Assembly (NCBI GenBank): GCA_963843095.1
Contig: CAWJLI010000065.1
Span: 1,123-65,122, forward strand
Source of the DNA: Bryobacterales bacterium
Lineage (GTDB): Bacteria; Acidobacteriota; Terriglobia; Bryobacterales; Bryobacteraceae
Length of the DNA stretch: 64,000 bases
Reading direction: 5' to 3'
A program made the position numbers and the translations under genes. Each line of letters starts with the position of its first letter. Within the stretch, counting starts at the first letter, position 1. Below are positions 27,617-37,716 of this stretch, one piece after another. The notes below the pieces were generated by a model. The model saw only the letters and a program-made list of their open reading frames with translations. It was not told the origin of the DNA and did no database searches.

Positions 27617-27696
27617 CCGGGAGTTGGACCGGCCATGCCGAGCCTGCGGCCGAGGCGAAGTTATCGAGCGGCTGGCGGCAGTGTAGAATCGAGGGT

Positions 27697-27786
27697 GGAG
27701 GAATGGCCGAGCGGTTGAAGGCGGCGGTCTTGAAAACCGTTAGTGGGGTGACTCACTCGGGGGTTCGAATCCCTCTTCCTCCGCCA
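27697..27786 (+). tRNA. tRNA-Ser(UGA)
   Basis: Acceptor GGAGGAA/TTCCTCC. Anticodon arm GCGGT-CTTGAAA-ACCGT. Long variable arm. T-arm GGGGG(TTCGAAT)CCCTC. Encoded CCA. Confidence 0.9.
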
Positions 27787-27869
27787 CCCAAATCCGACAG
27801 CGACACGCTTCGAACTGGGTGTGCCGGTGAGTGCTTGGACGCACTATTCCGGACAAGATGGAGCGATCT

Positions 27870-28235
27870 CTAGGCCGACGAGACCGCCGCAGGAATCAAC
27901 TCTGGTGCGGTCTTCCCGCGCGTTTTGAATTCGTAGCGTTCAATGCGAACCGCAGCTTGTCCCGGCTCGGAACGAATCACGCGGCCGACCGCAACGAACT
28001 TCAAAGGGCAGTTTCCATTGAGTTGCGCGGGCCAATCCACGGACAGTTCCACCGAGCGGCCCACCGGCAGCGGCTCTTCGGTGGTGAAGAGGATTCCGCC
28101 GCTGCCCATGTTCAGGGTGCTGCCGGAACCGCTGACGCAATCACCCTTGTAATTCAGCAGCCGATAGCGCACGCCTTCGCGCAGAGGAAACCGGCTGGTT
28201 CCGCGTCGATCCATTTTTCCTCCGAACTCGCTCAT
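27870..28235 (-). CDS. PilZ domain protein
   Basis: Start set at ATG 28235 (MSEFGGKMDRRGTSRFPL). RxxxR-like RRGTSR and N.GSGG motifs. About 121 aa. The longer track ORF has no support upstream. Confidence 0.65.
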   Translation of the reverse strand: MSEFGGKMDRRGTSRFPLREGVRYRLLNYKGDCVSGSGSTLNMGSGGILFTTEEPLPVGRSVELSVDWPAQLNGNCPLKFVAVGRVIRSEPGQAAVRIERYEFKTRGKTAPELIPAAVSSA

Positions 28236-28428
28236 TGTCCGTTGTTCCCTATTGAAAAGTGTTTGCACTTCAGCGTGCGATAATGCGCGGCCTCTGGCAA
28301 TAGACAAAAAGGCCCAAAACAACAGTTTAGACCGGTACGTTAGGAGTAGGGTATTCGTTGATCCAAGCGCAATGTTACGGACACCCGAACCCGGCAAGTC
28401 CTGATTTTCTCGTCTGGTATGCTGAGGC

Positions 28429-29175
28429 ATGGACCAAACCCTATTCCGCTCTCTCCTGGAGCAAGTGCGAAGCGGAGAAGTTGCGGTCGACCAGGCCCTG
28501 GAACGGATGCGCCACCTGCCGTTTGAGGACCTGGGATTCGCCAAGGTGGATCATCACCGCGCGTTGCGCCATGGCATGCCGGAGGTGATCCTGGCCAAGG
28601 GGAAAACGCCGGATCAAGTGGTTGCCATTGCCCGCGCGCTATTGGAAAACGCTCCCAACGTGCTGATCACGCGCGCCGACCGCGAGTGCGCCGATGCGGT
28701 GAGCGCGCAGATTCCCGACGCAGACTACTCGGCGGTGGCCGGCACCATTCGTTTCTGGCGCGACCGCTCGATCCGGGGCAAAGGCAAAATCGCGGTGGTG
28801 TGCGCCGGCACCAGCGACTTGCCGGTGGCGGAGGAAGCGCGCATCACCGCCGAGGTGATGGGCAACGAAGTGGAGTGCACGCACGATATCGGCGTGGCCG
28901 GCATCCACCGGCTGATGCACCACCGCGAGCGTCTCACTTCCGCGCGGGTAGTGGTGGTATGTGCCGGCATGGAGGGCGCGCTGCCAAGCGCGATCGGCGG
29001 AATGGTCTCCTGCCCGGTGATCGCGGTGCCCACCAGCATCGGCTACGGTGCCAGTTTCCACGGTTTGGCCGCGCTTCTGGGTATGTTGAACAGTTGCGCC
29101 AGCAATGTAGCGGTGGTCAACATCGACAACGGGTTCGGCGCCGGTTACGTGGCGAGTCTGATCAACCGCGAGTAG
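28429..29175 (+). CDS. larB: nickel-pincer cofactor biosynthesis protein LarB (AIR-carboxylase-like)
   Basis: [24 protein letters not shown]...[17 protein letters not shown]...[17 protein letters not shown]...[11 protein letters not shown]. Confidence 0.85.
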   Translation: MDQTLFRSLLEQVRSGEVAVDQALERMRHLPFEDLGFAKVDHHRALRHGMPEVILAKGKTPDQVVAIARALLENAPNVLITRADRECADAVSAQIPDADYSAVAGTIRFWRDRSIRGKGKIAVVCAGTSDLPVAEEARITAEVMGNEVECTHDIGVAGIHRLMHHRERLTSARVVVVCAGMEGALPSAIGGMVSCPVIAVPTSIGYGASFHGLAALLGMLNSCASNVAVVNIDNGFGAGYVASLINRE

Positions 29176-29233
29176 GTTCGGCGGACGCGAATGAACTTCC
29201 TCCGATCAAACGCGTTATTGTAGATAAGCTGCG

Positions 29234-31867
29234 ATGGACTCGCCTCCCCGGTCTCAAACAGAAACGGAAGTCATTGGAGCGGCTACCCAGCCACCATCTC
29301 CGCCGAGCCGACTGTCCACTTCCGTGCCCGAGGAAGGCCGATTCGTGGCCGGCACGCTGGTGGCCGGGCGATACCGCATCATCTCGCTGCTCGGCTGCGG
29401 CGGCATGGGCGAAGTCTACCGTGCCACGGACCTGACGCTGGCGCAACCGGTGGCTCTCAAGTTTCTCGCCCGTTCGGGACCAGAATCCCACGGAATGCTG
29501 GAGCGGTTCCACAACGAGGTCCGCGTCGCCCGGCAGGTCTCCCATCCCAACGTGTGCCGGGTTTACGACGTCGGCGAGGCGGATGGCGTGCCCTACATCT
29601 CCATGGAGTATGTGGATGGCGAGGACCTGGCATCGCTGCTGCAACGCATCGGGAGGCTGCCGGCCGACAAGGCGCTCGAAATCGCGCGCAAGGTCTGTGC
29701 CGGCGTTGCCGCCGCCCACGACAAGGGTGTGATCCACCGCGATTTGAAGCCCGCCAACATCATGCTCGACAAGCGCGGCAACGTGGTGATCATGGATTTC
29801 GGTCTGGCGGCCATCGCGGCCCAAATGTTCGGCGCCGAGGCGCGGAGTGGAACCCCTGCCTACATGGCGCCCGAGCAATTGCGCGGCGAGGAGGTCACCG
29901 CCAAGAGCGACATCTATGCCCTGGGCCTGGTGCTTTACGAAGTCTTCACCGGCAAGCGGGCTTATGAAGGCGGCAGCGCGGCTGAACTGATCCGGCTGCA
30001 GGAGAACGCGCAGATTACGAGCATGTCGTCGATCGCCGCCGAGATCGATCCGACGGTCGAGAAGGTAGTCCGCCGCTGTCTCGATCCCGCTCCGGCGCGG
30101 CGCCCCGCCACGGCACTGTCGGTGGCCGCTGCGCTTCCTGGCGGCGATCCGCTGGCGGCTGCGCTGGCGGCCGGTGAGACGCCTTCGCCCGAACTGGTTG
30201 CCGCGTCCGGCAAGACCGAAGGGCTGGCGCTGAAGATCTCCGTGCCGCTGGCGCTGGGCCTGGCCGCGCTGATAATCGCCGTACCCTTCGCGCGAACCGA
30301 TGTCGAGCTGCACAGCTTCGTTCCGATGGACCTCTCGGCGGATACGCTGGCCGAAAAGATCCGCGAACAAGCCGTTCAGTTCGGCTATCGAGCGGCGCCA
30401 GCCGATCGCAAGTACGACCCGCACTGGGACTGGGACGGCATTTGGGCCAACCGCCAGAAGACCCAGACCAATCAGGACAAGCGCCGTTGGTTCGAGGCCG
30501 AGCCGCCATTACAGCTCGGCTACCGCGAGAGCCCGCTGCCGCTGATCGCCCCACCCGACGGCGAAGTCACCGAAGAGCAGCCCGCGCCGGTGGTTTCCGG
30601 CATGATCGAGGCGTGGGTCAACAGCAAAGGCGAGCTGCGAACGTTTCGCGCGGTCCCTCCGCAGGTGGATGCCTCCACCACCCCCCAGGCAATCGACCCG
30701 CAGGTGATTTCGCGTGCCATCGGCTTCGATCTTTCGAAATGGCAGGAAACCGCGCCCAGATACACACCTCTGTATGCGTTCGACTGGCTGAAGACGTGGA
30801 AAGGCCGGCATCCCACGCTGCCGCTGGATGTCACCGTTCAGGCCTCGGCCTGGCACGGCCGTATCACCGAGGTGCAGGTGATCTGGCCGTGGACTAAGGC
30901 CGGCCGGGTGCCGGAATCGCGTCAGACCTCATTCGACAACTCGAGACTAACCCTGATCGAAAAAGCGACGTCCGGGCTGGTGATCCTGTTCTCGGTGTTT
31001 CTGGCCGTGCGCAATCTCAGGGCGGGGCGCGGCGACCGCCGCGGCGCGGTCCGTTTGGCATCGGCAGTCTTCGTTCTGCAAGCGTTGACGTGGATATTCT
31101 GGGCACATTGGGTTGCAGACGTCGGAATGCTTGGGGTATTCGCCGCCAATGCCGCGAGCTGGATCAGCTCGGCAGTGCTGATATGGTTCCTCTATATCGG
31201 TCTCGAGCCGGAGGTCCGCGCCCGATGGCCGAAGGCGATCGTAACCTGGAGCCGCGTCCTGGCCGGCCGATGGCAGGATCCGCTGGTCGGCGCGGATGTA
31301 CTCTGGGGAGCGCTGGTCGGCGTGGCCATCGTGGCGCTCTTCCTCGGGACGAACTGGTGGGGCGTCGCGCACGGGCACGTCAGCCCGTCGACGAACGCGG
31401 ACGTCGGCGCCAGCACACGTTACTGGATTGCGAGCATCCTCTCCAGGGCGAATAACGCCGCGGAGTTTGGGCTGTTCGTCGTGTTCGCGATCTTCTGCTT
31501 GCGGGCTGTCTTGCGCAAGGACTGGCTGGCTGCCATCGCCGTCGCGTTCCTGTTCACGGCTCAGGAAAGCGAAGCATGGCAGGGCCATTCCATCGTGTCC
31601 TTCGCGTTCTATCTCCTCATCTTCACCGTGCTGACCTTCGTCATCCTGCGACTTGGCCTGGTGTCCACCATGGTGGCGATTTTCTTCGCTAACGTTCTGC
31701 TGCAGACGCCGGGCGCGCAAACGCTGTCCAAGCCCTACGAGTGGACCGTGGTGGCGTATCCCGTGCTGGCGCTGGCGATCGTGGCCTGGGCGTTCTGGCG
31801 CACCTCAGGCCATCAGCTTCTGGCGGTCAAGCCTGAGACATCGCTGTCGCAGGCAGCGACGAACTGA
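29234..31867 (+). CDS. Ser/Thr protein kinase with large multi-pass membrane C-terminal region
   Basis: GCGGMGEVYRA, VALKFL, HRDLKPANIML, MDFGLA and APEQ make up the Hanks kinase domain. The C-terminal half has many hydrophobic helices. Confidence 0.9.
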   Translation: MDSPPRSQTETEVIGAATQPPSPPSRLSTSVPEEGRFVAGTLVAGRYRIISLLGCGGMGEVYRATDLTLAQPVALKFLARSGPESHGMLERFHNEVRVARQVSHPNVCRVYDVGEADGVPYISMEYVDGEDLASLLQRIGRLPADKALEIARKVCAGVAAAHDKGVIHRDLKPANIMLDKRGNVVIMDFGLAAIAAQMFGAEARSGTPAYMAPEQLRGEEVTAKSDIYALGLVLYEVFTGKRAYEGGSAAELIRLQENAQITSMSSIAAEIDPTVEKVVRRCLDPAPARRPATALSVAAALPGGDPLAAALAAGETPSPELVAASGKTEGLALKISVPLALGLAALIIAVPFARTDVELHSFVPMDLSADTLAEKIREQAVQFGYRAAPADRKYDPHWDWDGIWANRQKTQTNQDKRRWFEAEPPLQLGYRESPLPLIAPPDGEVTEEQPAPVVSGMIEAWVNSKGELRTFRAVPPQVDASTTPQAIDPQVISRAIGFDLSKWQETAPRYTPLYAFDWLKTWKGRHPTLPLDVTVQASAWHGRITEVQVIWPWTKAGRVPESRQTSFDNSRLTLIEKATSGLVILFSVFLAVRNLRAGRGDRRGAVRLASAVFVLQALTWIFWAHWVADVGMLGVFAANAASWISSAVLIWFLYIGLEPEVRARWPKAIVTWSRVLAGRWQDPLVGADVLWGALVGVAIVALFLGTNWWGVAHGHVSPSTNADVGASTRYWIASILSRANNAAEFGLFVVFAIFCLRAVLRKDWLAAIAVAFLFTAQESEAWQGHSIVSFAFYLLIFTVLTFVILRLGLVSTMVAIFFANVLLQTPGAQTLSKPYEWTVVAYPVLALAIVAWAFWRTSGHQLLAVKPETSLSQAATN

Positions 31868-31947
31868 GCCGTAGGGGGGAACGGCGGGGCATCGCCAGGC
31901 TGCGCCGATTGACAAGCGGCGCGCAGGTTACTAACCTGCCCCACAGC

Positions 31948-33108
31948 TTAGCAACCGAGTTCCGGCACCTTCACCGACGCCCGCTTGCGCCAGGATTCCA
32001 GGCCAAGCTCGGCTAGCTGGATGCCCTTGGCGCCTTCGAGCAAGCCCCAGCGAAACGGCTCATCCTTCACCACGTGGCGCAGGAACAGTTCCCATTGGCG
32101 CTTGAAGGCGTTGTCGAAAGTATCCTGCTCCGGCACTTTCTGCCAGCCCTCGAAATAATCGAGCGGGCTGTCGATGTCGGGATTCCAGACCGGCCGCGGC
32201 GTGGCTCCGTACGATTGAATCCAGCAGTGGCGCAAGCCGGCCACCGCGCTGCCGAGCGTGCCATCCACTTGCAACGTCAGCAGGTCGTCGCGCCGCACGC
32301 GCACGCACCAGGAGGAATTGAAATGGGCGACAATGCCGCCGGCCAGTTCGAACGTTGCGTAGGCGGCATCGTCGGCGGTGGTGTCATAGGCCTGGCCGGC
32401 TTCGTTCCAGCGCCGCGGGATGTGCGTTGCGCCCAGGCACGAAACCGCTTCGACGGCGCCGAAGAGATTGTCGAGCACATAGCGCCAGTGGCACAGCATA
32501 TCCATGATGATGCCGCCGCCCTCTTCTTTGCGGTAGTTCCAGGAAGGCCGCTGCGCCGGCACGCTGTCGCCCTCGAACACCCAGTAGCCGAATTCGCCGC
32601 GCACGGAAAGAATGCGGCCGAAGAAGCCTTGCCGCTTCAAGTTCGCAAGCTTCAGCAGGCCGGGCAGCCACAGCTTGTCCTGCACCACGCCGTTTTTGAC
32701 TTGTGCCCGATCGGCGAGCCGGTAAAGATCGAGCGCCGCCTCCAGCGACTCCGCCACCGGCTTCTCGCAGTAGACGTGCTTGCCCGCCGCGATTGCCTGG
32801 CGCACCGCGGCGGCCCGCCGGTCGGTGGTCTGCGCGTCGAAATAGATCGAGTAGGCGGGATCGGCCAGCGCAATGGCGAGATTCGTCGACCACGGCATGC
32901 CGCCGCACTCCGCGGAGATGGCTTCCAGCTTGGCTGGATTGCGGCCCACCAGCAGCGGGCGCGGCATGATGCTCTCGCGCTCGTTGAGGATCACCCCGCC
33001 CTGCTGCATGATGGCGTAGATGGAGCGGCGCAGGTGCTGGTTCAGCCCCATGCGCCCGGTGACGCCGTTCATGATGATGCCCACCGTGTGCTGCGTGCGG
33101 TTGCTCAT
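31948..33108 (-). CDS. Gfo/Idh/MocA family oxidoreductase
   Basis: Start at ATG 33108 (MSNRTQHTVGIIMNGVTGRMG, Rossmann N-terminus). HVYCEKPVA motif. ATGA overlap with the cupin gene. Confidence 0.85.
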   Translation of the reverse strand: MSNRTQHTVGIIMNGVTGRMGLNQHLRRSIYAIMQQGGVILNERESIMPRPLLVGRNPAKLEAISAECGGMPWSTNLAIALADPAYSIYFDAQTTDRRAAAVRQAIAAGKHVYCEKPVAESLEAALDLYRLADRAQVKNGVVQDKLWLPGLLKLANLKRQGFFGRILSVRGEFGYWVFEGDSVPAQRPSWNYRKEEGGGIIMDMLCHWRYVLDNLFGAVEAVSCLGATHIPRRWNEAGQAYDTTADDAAYATFELAGGIVAHFNSSWCVRVRRDDLLTLQVDGTLGSAVAGLRHCWIQSYGATPRPVWNPDIDSPLDYFEGWQKVPEQDTFDNAFKRQWELFLRHVVKDEPFRWGLLEGAKGIQLAELGLESWRKRASVKVPELGC

Positions 33109-33557
33109 GCGTTTGGCCCCTTGGCGGCGGATTGGGGCCACGCGCCGGCAGGCAGCGGCGGCGCTTCCACGCCGGCTCGCGGCAGAGTGCCATCCAGTTC
33201 CTGCCGCCAGTGCGCCACGTCGCCGGCGGGCCCGTAGCAATAGATCATGCGCATGGGGAGGGCGCTGGTGTTGGTGAGCTGATGGAACACGCCCGGCGGA
33301 ATGTAGACCGCCTGGCCGGTGTGAATCGCCATCCGTTCTTCGCCCAGGCACATTTCGCCGGCGCCCTTCACGATGAAGTAAATTTCCTCCTGCTCCTGGT
33401 TGTGCCAGGGCACCTGGCCGCCATCGGGCTCGAGCGTGACGTACCCCATGGAAAAGTTGGCGGCTTGAATCGGGCTGGCTCCGCCCACCAGGTTTTGCGT
33501 GTAGCGCTGCGCCGGGTACGAGCGTCCGGCGATGGCGGCAAGATCGGCGATGATCAT
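33105..33557 (-). CDS. cupin domain protein
   Basis: GGQVPWHNQEQEEIYFIVKGAGEM...AVYIPPGVFHQLTN (cupin motifs 1 and 2). Confidence 0.75.
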   Translation of the reverse strand: MIIADLAAIAGRSYPAQRYTQNLVGGASPIQAANFSMGYVTLEPDGGQVPWHNQEQEEIYFIVKGAGEMCLGEERMAIHTGQAVYIPPGVFHQLTNTSALPMRMIYCYGPAGDVAHWRQELDGTLPRAGVEAPPLPAGAWPQSAAKGPNA

Positions 33558-34897
33558 GGCTTTCGGAAAAGGCCTCCCACGAAATAGGCTACAACGCCCA
33601 GCGCCATCAGAATGCCGCCGAATTGGAGCGCATTGATGGGACCCACCGGCTCGGCGTGATTGCGCACCGCCGTGAGCAGCATCAAGGCGGCCGGCGGAAT
33701 CGACACGGCGATGGCGCCGGCCATCCCGCCGGGCACACGGTAAGGCCGCGCGAGATGAGGTTCGCGAATGCGCAGCGCCACCAGCGCGGCGAATTCGAGC
33801 AGAATGCTGGAACCGGTGAGCAGCATGTCGAGCATTAGAAGCTTGCTGAACGGCAGCATCAGGCCGAGCGCCCAGGCCGCGGCGCAGGCGACGATGGCCC
33901 AGCGCGGCGCGCCGGTCTTCGGATCGCGGCGCGCGAAGATGCGCGGCAGAAACCCGTCCTCGGCCAGCGCCGCCGGCACACGCGACAGCGCCATGGTGAG
34001 CGCGTTAAGCGAGCCTGCAGCACCCAGCATACCGCCCGCCGTGATCCCCAGCACCACCAGCACGCCCACTGCGCCGGTGCCGAGTACGGCGCGCGCCACG
34101 TCGGCCCAGCCGCCGGTTTCCCAACGGTTAGAATCGAGGCCGGTGAGCGCCACCGCGCCGATGGGCAGCACATAGCCGAGCGCTACGAGCGCCACCGCGC
34201 CGGCCATCGCCCGCGGATACGTGCGCTGCGGATTCTCGACTTCGCCCGCCACCGTGGACGTGTTGTCCCAGCCCATGTAATTCCACATCGCTACCAATAC
34301 GCCACCCAGGATGTCGGCGTGGCGCGGAACGCTCGGCTGGGCAGGCGGCTGGGCGGCGAACATGCCGCCATGAAACATCGACGCCACGGCGAGCACCGCA
34401 AACGGGCTCAGCAGCAGGACACCCATCAGCACGGCGCTGCCGCCCACGGTTTTGGCGCCTAGCATGTTCCACGCCGCCGCCGCCGCGATCAAGCCGACGC
34501 CGATCCAAATGGCGCGCTGGCCAGTCGTCATCGCAGGGAGGAAGTGGCCCAGGTAGCTGACGAACAGCGTCGGGTAGAGCGCCATATCGAAGACGCTGCC
34601 CACCAACGACAGCCAGGCTTCCTGGAATCCCCAAAAGCGCCCCATGCCGCGCTTGACCCAGATGTAATAGCCGCCATCCTCGGGCAGTGCGCTCGAGAGC
34701 TCGCTCACCATCAGCGCGGTGGGAAAGGCCCACAGCGCCGGCGTGAGCAGCAGGATGAGAATGGCGCCGCCGTAGCCCGCCTTGGCAACGGTATCCTCCA
34801 ACCCGAACGGGCCGCCGGAAACGATGAAATAAGTCGCCGCAATCAGCGGCAGTAGCGTGAGCTTGCCGGCAGAGGATGGCGCAGGAGGCCGGGACAT
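33554..34897 (-). CDS. APC family amino acid permease
   Basis: 447 aa with about 12 TM helices. N-terminus YFIVSGGPFGLED and overall APC-like layout. First gene of an overlapping three-gene unit. Confidence 0.85.
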   Translation of the reverse strand: MSRPPAPSSAGKLTLLPLIAATYFIVSGGPFGLEDTVAKAGYGGAILILLLTPALWAFPTALMVSELSSALPEDGGYYIWVKRGMGRFWGFQEAWLSLVGSVFDMALYPTLFVSYLGHFLPAMTTGQRAIWIGVGLIAAAAAWNMLGAKTVGGSAVLMGVLLLSPFAVLAVASMFHGGMFAAQPPAQPSVPRHADILGGVLVAMWNYMGWDNTSTVAGEVENPQRTYPRAMAGAVALVALGYVLPIGAVALTGLDSNRWETGGWADVARAVLGTGAVGVLVVLGITAGGMLGAAGSLNALTMALSRVPAALAEDGFLPRIFARRDPKTGAPRWAIVACAAAWALGLMLPFSKLLMLDMLLTGSSILLEFAALVALRIREPHLARPYRVPGGMAGAIAVSIPPAALMLLTAVRNHAEPVGPINALQFGGILMALGVVAYFVGGLFRKP

Positions 34898-35016
34898 CTT
34901 ATCAGGGTAGGGGAAGCGGAGAGGATGTCAAGAGGTGACGAGCCGAATTGTCGGTTCGGGCGACTGGCCGGTCTTTCGCCAGGATTCTTCGCCAGTCGCC
35001 GCCGGCGAGACGGATC

Positions 35017-35418
35017 TCAATCCTTGATCGGGACCACGGAGATATCGGGTGCTCCGGCGCGCTTTGCCCGCTGCACGAAGGATCTATCGAAGGAGACGAA
35101 TTGGCCGCCGGGCGGTCTGCTGCCGAGGTGCATCGCGTCGGCGAATTCGACGCCATGCGCGACGAGCGCCAGCGCGGCGGCGACCGAGGATTCATCCTCC
35201 GCCTTCACGTTCTTCAGACCCAGCAACTTGGTGAATGCCTCGCGGATCGCGCTCTGCTCGAATCCGTACAGACTGCGCAGGACCCAACCTGTTTCGAGCA
35301 AGACCGTCTTCGCGATCCAGATTGGCTGGCTTGCGAACAGGCGCCGCGCGGCCGCCGCCTGCTTCGGCTCATCGCCCGTCAGCAGCCGGACCAGGACGTT
35401 AGTATCGACCGCGATCAC
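35017..35418 (-). CDS. vapC: type II toxin VapC (PIN domain)
   Basis: IAVDTNVLVRLL (first PIN acidic residue), ...ETGWVL..., ...FADAMHL.... Overlaps the upstream antitoxin gene. Confidence 0.85.
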   Translation of the reverse strand: MIAVDTNVLVRLLTGDEPKQAAAARRLFASQPIWIAKTVLLETGWVLRSLYGFEQSAIREAFTKLLGLKNVKAEDESSVAAALALVAHGVEFADAMHLGSRPPGGQFVSFDRSFVQRAKRAGAPDISVVPIKD

Positions 35419-35665
35419 GCCGCCGCCTCACTTCCCGGCCAATGGCAGCGCTCATCTGCGCGGGCGTTTTGGGCCGCGTCTTGGACCGCAGGCATCCGGC
35501 TACTTCCGCGAGACCGCTCACCGGGAAGCGCTCAGCCGGCCGCAGCACAATCCCGTCGCCGGTCTCTTCGACCGTAAACTCCATGCCCGGCCTCCAAGCC
35601 CGGGCATCCCGAATATCCTTAGGCAGAACGACCTGCCCCTTGGTAGAAAGCCGCGTGGTCTCCAT
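35399..35665 (-). CDS. vapB: AbrB/MazE/SpoVT-type antitoxin (VapB)
   Basis: TRLSTKGQVVLPKDIRDARAWRPGMEFTVEETGDGIVLRP is a SpoVT-AbrB swapped-hairpin motif. Confidence 0.8.
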   Translation of the reverse strand: METTRLSTKGQVVLPKDIRDARAWRPGMEFTVEETGDGIVLRPAERFPVSGLAEVAGCLRSKTRPKTPAQMSAAIGREVRRRRDRGRY

Positions 35666-35818
35666 GGGTAAGACTCCAGTAAGATTATGGCATATGGGAG
35701 GGTAGTCTGGGCTTGCCTGGTCGCCGTTTCGGGTATCCTAGCGAAAATGCGTCAGTCCTCGTCAGTCCCCATTCCGTCCATTCCGTCGGAACTGGTCCCG
35801 ACTGGGGGAGAACAACCT

Positions 35819-36580
35819 TCAGAACCGCTGCTGATAGCGCGCGCTGATCCGTGAAAGGGCAGCGGCATAGTCCAGCCGCGTCTCGTTGTAGTCGTCCCAG
35901 TCGAACGGGTAGGGCGATTCATTAGTCGCCTTGAAGCGTAGGACCAGGAACTCATCGAACTCGGGCGCCGCATCGGCACGCAGGCGCCGCTCGGCCTCAG
36001 GCGCTTCCTGGTAAGGATGGAGGAACCCGTCGCTGCCGGTCGTTGGAAAGGGTCGATCGCCTTCATAGCCTATAGTGTGCGCGGCACAGTCAATTCCCAC
36101 CACGGCGACCGAAATCGGCTGGCCACCGCCGCGCCTGAACTGGGTCACTTGATTCCGAAGATCGTTGATCACGCGATCAATTTGCTTAATCATGGCCTTG
36201 GCCAGCACCTTGACTTCGATGCCGATCTCAACGGTGGCGATGGGCCCGCGGGAAACGAGGTAGCCGGTGTCCGCGATCGCGATCTCGCCCGGAATGAGTT
36301 CGCCAAAGGTACCGTCTCCGCGTCTAGCGGTTACACCGAGGCGCCGATTCTGAACGTTCAACACCCGGTCTTTGCGCTGAACGACTGCCTCGATCAACCT
36401 GGGTGAGCGATTGACAGTGATGAGGTCTTCGTAAAGGTGCATCGCCACGAAGTCGCCCTGGTTCGATGCGCGATGCTTATATACCTTGCCTTCAAACAGC
36501 CGCCGGAATTCCGTCAGCAGCCGATACTGGTTTGGCGCCAGCGTGTCCGTCAAGGATGACCTCTGCTTCAGTCGCGCCAA
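35819..36580 (-). CDS. putative type II restriction endonuclease (PD-(D/E)xK-like)
   Basis: Lies immediately downstream of the methyltransferase. IADTGYLV...VEIGIEVK is a candidate D...ExK motif. No family recognised. TTG start at 36580 overlaps the MTase 3' end by 89 nt. Confidence 0.45.
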   Translation of the reverse strand: MARLKQRSSLTDTLAPNQYRLLTEFRRLFEGKVYKHRASNQGDFVAMHLYEDLITVNRSPRLIEAVVQRKDRVLNVQNRRLGVTARRGDGTFGELIPGEIAIADTGYLVSRGPIATVEIGIEVKVLAKAMIKQIDRVINDLRNQVTQFRRGGGQPISVAVVGIDCAAHTIGYEGDRPFPTTGSDGFLHPYQEAPEAERRLRADAAPEFDEFLVLRFKATNESPYPFDWDDYNETRLDYAAALSRISARYQQRF

Positions 36581-37667
36581 CTGAGCGATCCTCGCGCGCG
36601 GCCCGCGTGATCCGGTGTCGCGCTATCTCGACATAGGCCGGCTCGATCTCGTTGGCAATCGAATTTCTGCCTGCCATGATAGCAGCCTGCGACGTTGAAC
36701 CTGTGCCGGCGAACGGATCGAGCACGGTGTCCCCGGCAAACGAAAACATCCTAATGAGGCGTTCGGCCAGTTCAACGGGAAATGGAGCGGGATGTCCGTC
36801 TCGCGTCGAAGCTCCCCGCAAGTCGGTCCAAATGGAGCACTGCCATTGCCTCATCTCTTCGCGCGAAAGCATGGAGAGCGCCTTCTGCAAAGGTGGAGCG
36901 GAACGGTATTCGCCCCCCTTGCGAAGGAACAAAATATACTCGACGTCGTTCTTGATGATTCCGCCGGGTTGATAGGGCTTCCCGTAAAAGCCCGCCCCGT
37001 TTCCTTCGACTTCGGTTGCGCCGTTAGCGATCTTGTGCCAGAAGATCGGCTGCAGGCAATCCAGGCCCGCCTTCCGAACGCGTACTTGTATGTCGGAATG
37101 AAGCGGAACCAAGTAATGCCGCCCGCCCTTCTTTCTAGGAATACACACATCGCCGACTACGCAACAAATGCGGCCACCGCCTACCAGCACTCGACTGCAT
37201 TCCCGCCACACTTTGTCGAGTTCGGTCAGGAAGTATTCGTAGTCCTCGAAATGTCCCATCTGAGCCCGGTTGCCTGGCGCGTACTCCTTCAAGGTCCAAT
37301 AAGGTGGCGAGGTCACAACCAAGTGCACGCTGGCGTCCGGTATCCAAGAGAGGTCTCGCGCATCGCCGGCATGAATCCTATGTTTGGTGAGACGATAGGG
37401 TTCCGGCCACGGCACCTGGCGATACTTTTGATTGGCCGCAAGCAACGCCCGCAGCCCTTCCGGCGTGTTGTCTTCGAGAGGAATCAGCGGGGGGCAGCGG
37501 ATTCGTGTCGGCGCTTCGGCGCTGAATAGGTCCGCCTGCCGCGAATGTCCGTTGCGTCCTCGGTTCAATGGCTTCCTACCCGAATCAAGCTGCCCAAAGA
37601 CCAACTTGGGTGCGCTCACAGCAATTGTACCGTCCTCCGCCGCCGTTATGCTCATCCCGCCAAACAT
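36492..37667 (-). CDS. site-specific DNA methyltransferase (beta-class, N4-C or N6-A)
   Basis: Motif IV VVTSPPYW precedes motif I VLDPFAGTGST (beta-class order). ATG at 37667 or 37655. Confidence 0.85.
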   Translation of the reverse strand: MFGGMSITAAEDGTIAVSAPKLVFGQLDSGRKPLNRGRNGHSRQADLFSAEAPTRIRCPPLIPLEDNTPEGLRALLAANQKYRQVPWPEPYRLTKHRIHAGDARDLSWIPDASVHLVVTSPPYWTLKEYAPGNRAQMGHFEDYEYFLTELDKVWRECSRVLVGGGRICCVVGDVCIPRKKGGRHYLVPLHSDIQVRVRKAGLDCLQPIFWHKIANGATEVEGNGAGFYGKPYQPGGIIKNDVEYILFLRKGGEYRSAPPLQKALSMLSREEMRQWQCSIWTDLRGASTRDGHPAPFPVELAERLIRMFSFAGDTVLDPFAGTGSTSQAAIMAGRNSIANEIEPAYVEIARHRITRAAREDRSVGATEAEVILDGHAGAKPVSAADGIPAAV

Positions 37668-37716
37668 ATTGGCTGCCTGGATGGACTCCGAGAGCCGGCT
37701 AGCCGTCTTCTACCCC

